Below are positions 62,472-64,000 of a DNA stretch of 64,000 bases, one piece after another. The position numbers were made by a program, and so were the translations under genes. The stretch is from Podarcis pityusensis (Eukaryota). The notes beneath the pieces are model-generated. The model was not told the origin of the DNA. It saw only the letters and a program-made list of their open reading frames with translations, and searched no databases. The stretch lies in the NCBI GenBank assembly GCA_964106645.2, contig OZ067044.1; one strand, 5' to 3'. How positions within the stretch are numbered: position 1 is the stretch's first letter; each line of letters opens with the position of its first letter.

Positions 62472-64000
62472 CAATAACTTGTACCTTTTTATTGCTGGGG
62501 TCAGCTGTTTTGTTGACATAACCAGCTATTATTAAAATATCAGAAGTCCAATACAGGAAGAATTCAAAAACCTGAATTAAAAAAAGACAATTTTTGCATC
62601 CACCTACTCACAGTACTTAGCACTTTTTATACACGCAGACGTTCTGCTGGGCTAGATAATAGGAGGGTTCAATTCAATTTCACAACGTGCTCATTCCCAG
62701 GAGTATTTCATTGTTTTAGCATTTTATTTTATTTTTAAAAAGAGATCTCTTATTTTGCTTAGTATTTTTTAAAAGTACTATTAATGGCCAATTCTAATCC
62801 ATTCCCCTCAAAAATTAAAAAAACCAAGACTTTCCACTCTGAAGTTAGCAGCATGATCAGATTGATTTGGATTAGGCAAGGATGCTAAACTGCTGACCAG
62901 CCGATAGCATGTGACTTTATGTTATCTGGCTACTGTGACTAGAATTAGAAACAAGTCTGCTCAACCTCAGTTTAAACAGTATTAACCAATAATAAGTTCA
63001 AATACATGTGCACAGGCAACCATACTTGGGACTTGATAGGTATTATAGGAAATATAGTATGGCTACTTTTTGAAAAAGTAGTTAACAGAAAAGGTTGGAA
63101 ATCCAGTTTGTGAATCCTTTGATATATAAAGTGATGCAACAAGTGTTTTAGCTCAATGTCAAAGCAAAGTATAAGCAACAACAGTTAACAGACCCTGTTG
63201 CTAATTTACTACATGCAGTGACATGAGCAGAACAATGATTACTCTGTGCAGAGTATTTCCTGCTAAATACTCCACCCAACAGTCAATGTCTCATATTTAA
63301 ACACAAGATTAACACAGAGAGAGGAAAAGATGCAATAAAACGCACAGCTGGCATTTCTACTTTATAAACTAACTAACCCACATCAAAAGGTGTTCCCCTC
63401 TAGCGCTTCAGCAGGTAATCTTCGGATTTACTGCCAAGTGCTGCTCCTGATTCTTAGCGTTCATTGTTTGAAACCACTGGAATTTATGGTAAAGGCAAGT
63501 GTAGTCTCAGTAATATCTTCAGTGTACATCACTTTGAGTTGGTTGTTTAGAAGATGATGAATCAATGATGATGATAGCAATAATAGTACAGAGGATACTA
63601 GTGTTGTTGTTTTTAAAGGATTGCAAATGCATGTAAAGATTTGCGATGGTTACCTCTGAGAGTGACTGCCATAGGAATTCAGTGATTCACCCACATTTAG
63701 GTTCAAATGAACCCATCTCTCCAAACCTTCCCCCCAATCAATAGGTGAGATAGCAGTTTTGAGTTGAAGAAGGGAAAGGTGCAAGCAGACTGTCTCTGGC
63801 CCATTCCTTCCAATCTAATTTGACTCAGGCTGATTTTACCGAGGGTTGGGGGGAGACACCAGATGAAGTGGGGGAGAGGGAAAACAGAACTTCATCTAAC
63901 GTGTAATTAGAACCATAGGATGTCATCTTCATAACAGAAGTTTCATTCCTCGAATAATTTGCAATTAGACAGGCAAATGCACTGAATGGATTTATTATAC

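Larger units (their letters stand above)
5103..64000 (-). other. ATXN1: Long upstream (5'UTR) intron of ATXN1
   Basis: No recognisable host coding sequence and a dense repeat landscape. ATXN1 is known to have several non-coding 5' exons separated by very large introns. Small non-coding exons here cannot be excluded. Confidence 0.7.

Noticed and set aside
1-64000. CRISPR arrays, prokaryotic operons, rRNA, or the remaining 60-140 aa track ORFs as genes
   Set aside because: This is eukaryotic intronic DNA with no regularly spaced repeat-spacer array. The small ORFs have random-like composition, often non-ATG starts and no recognisable domains.

Overview
Vertebrate genomic DNA. BovB, Sauria SINE, CR1 and L2 content point to a squamate, probably a lacertid lizard (inference). 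The only host gene is ATXN1 (ataxin-1) on the minus strand. One large exon runs from acceptor 5102 to donor 3065 and holds 157 nt of 5'UTR plus codons 1-627 (ATG 4945), ending inside the AXH domain. The last coding exon is not visible and should lie beyond the left edge. Positions 5103-64000 look like one long 5'UTR intron. It is filled with MITEs (hAT, Tc1/mariner-pogo and Harbinger types), solo LTRs, LINE fragments (BovB, CR1, L2, a Penelope-like scrap), SINEs and microsatellites. Main leads: (1) a 29-codon uORF just upstream of the ATXN1 start that appears conserved at protein level with my recollection of the human 5'UTR and carries two SUMO-type motifs; (2) no polyQ tract and no Alt-ATXN1 frame; (3) a solo LTR with a protein-like open frame; (4) palindromic MITEs carrying paired ZNF143/THAP11-type motifs. 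Repeat family names come from pattern recognition, not database searches.
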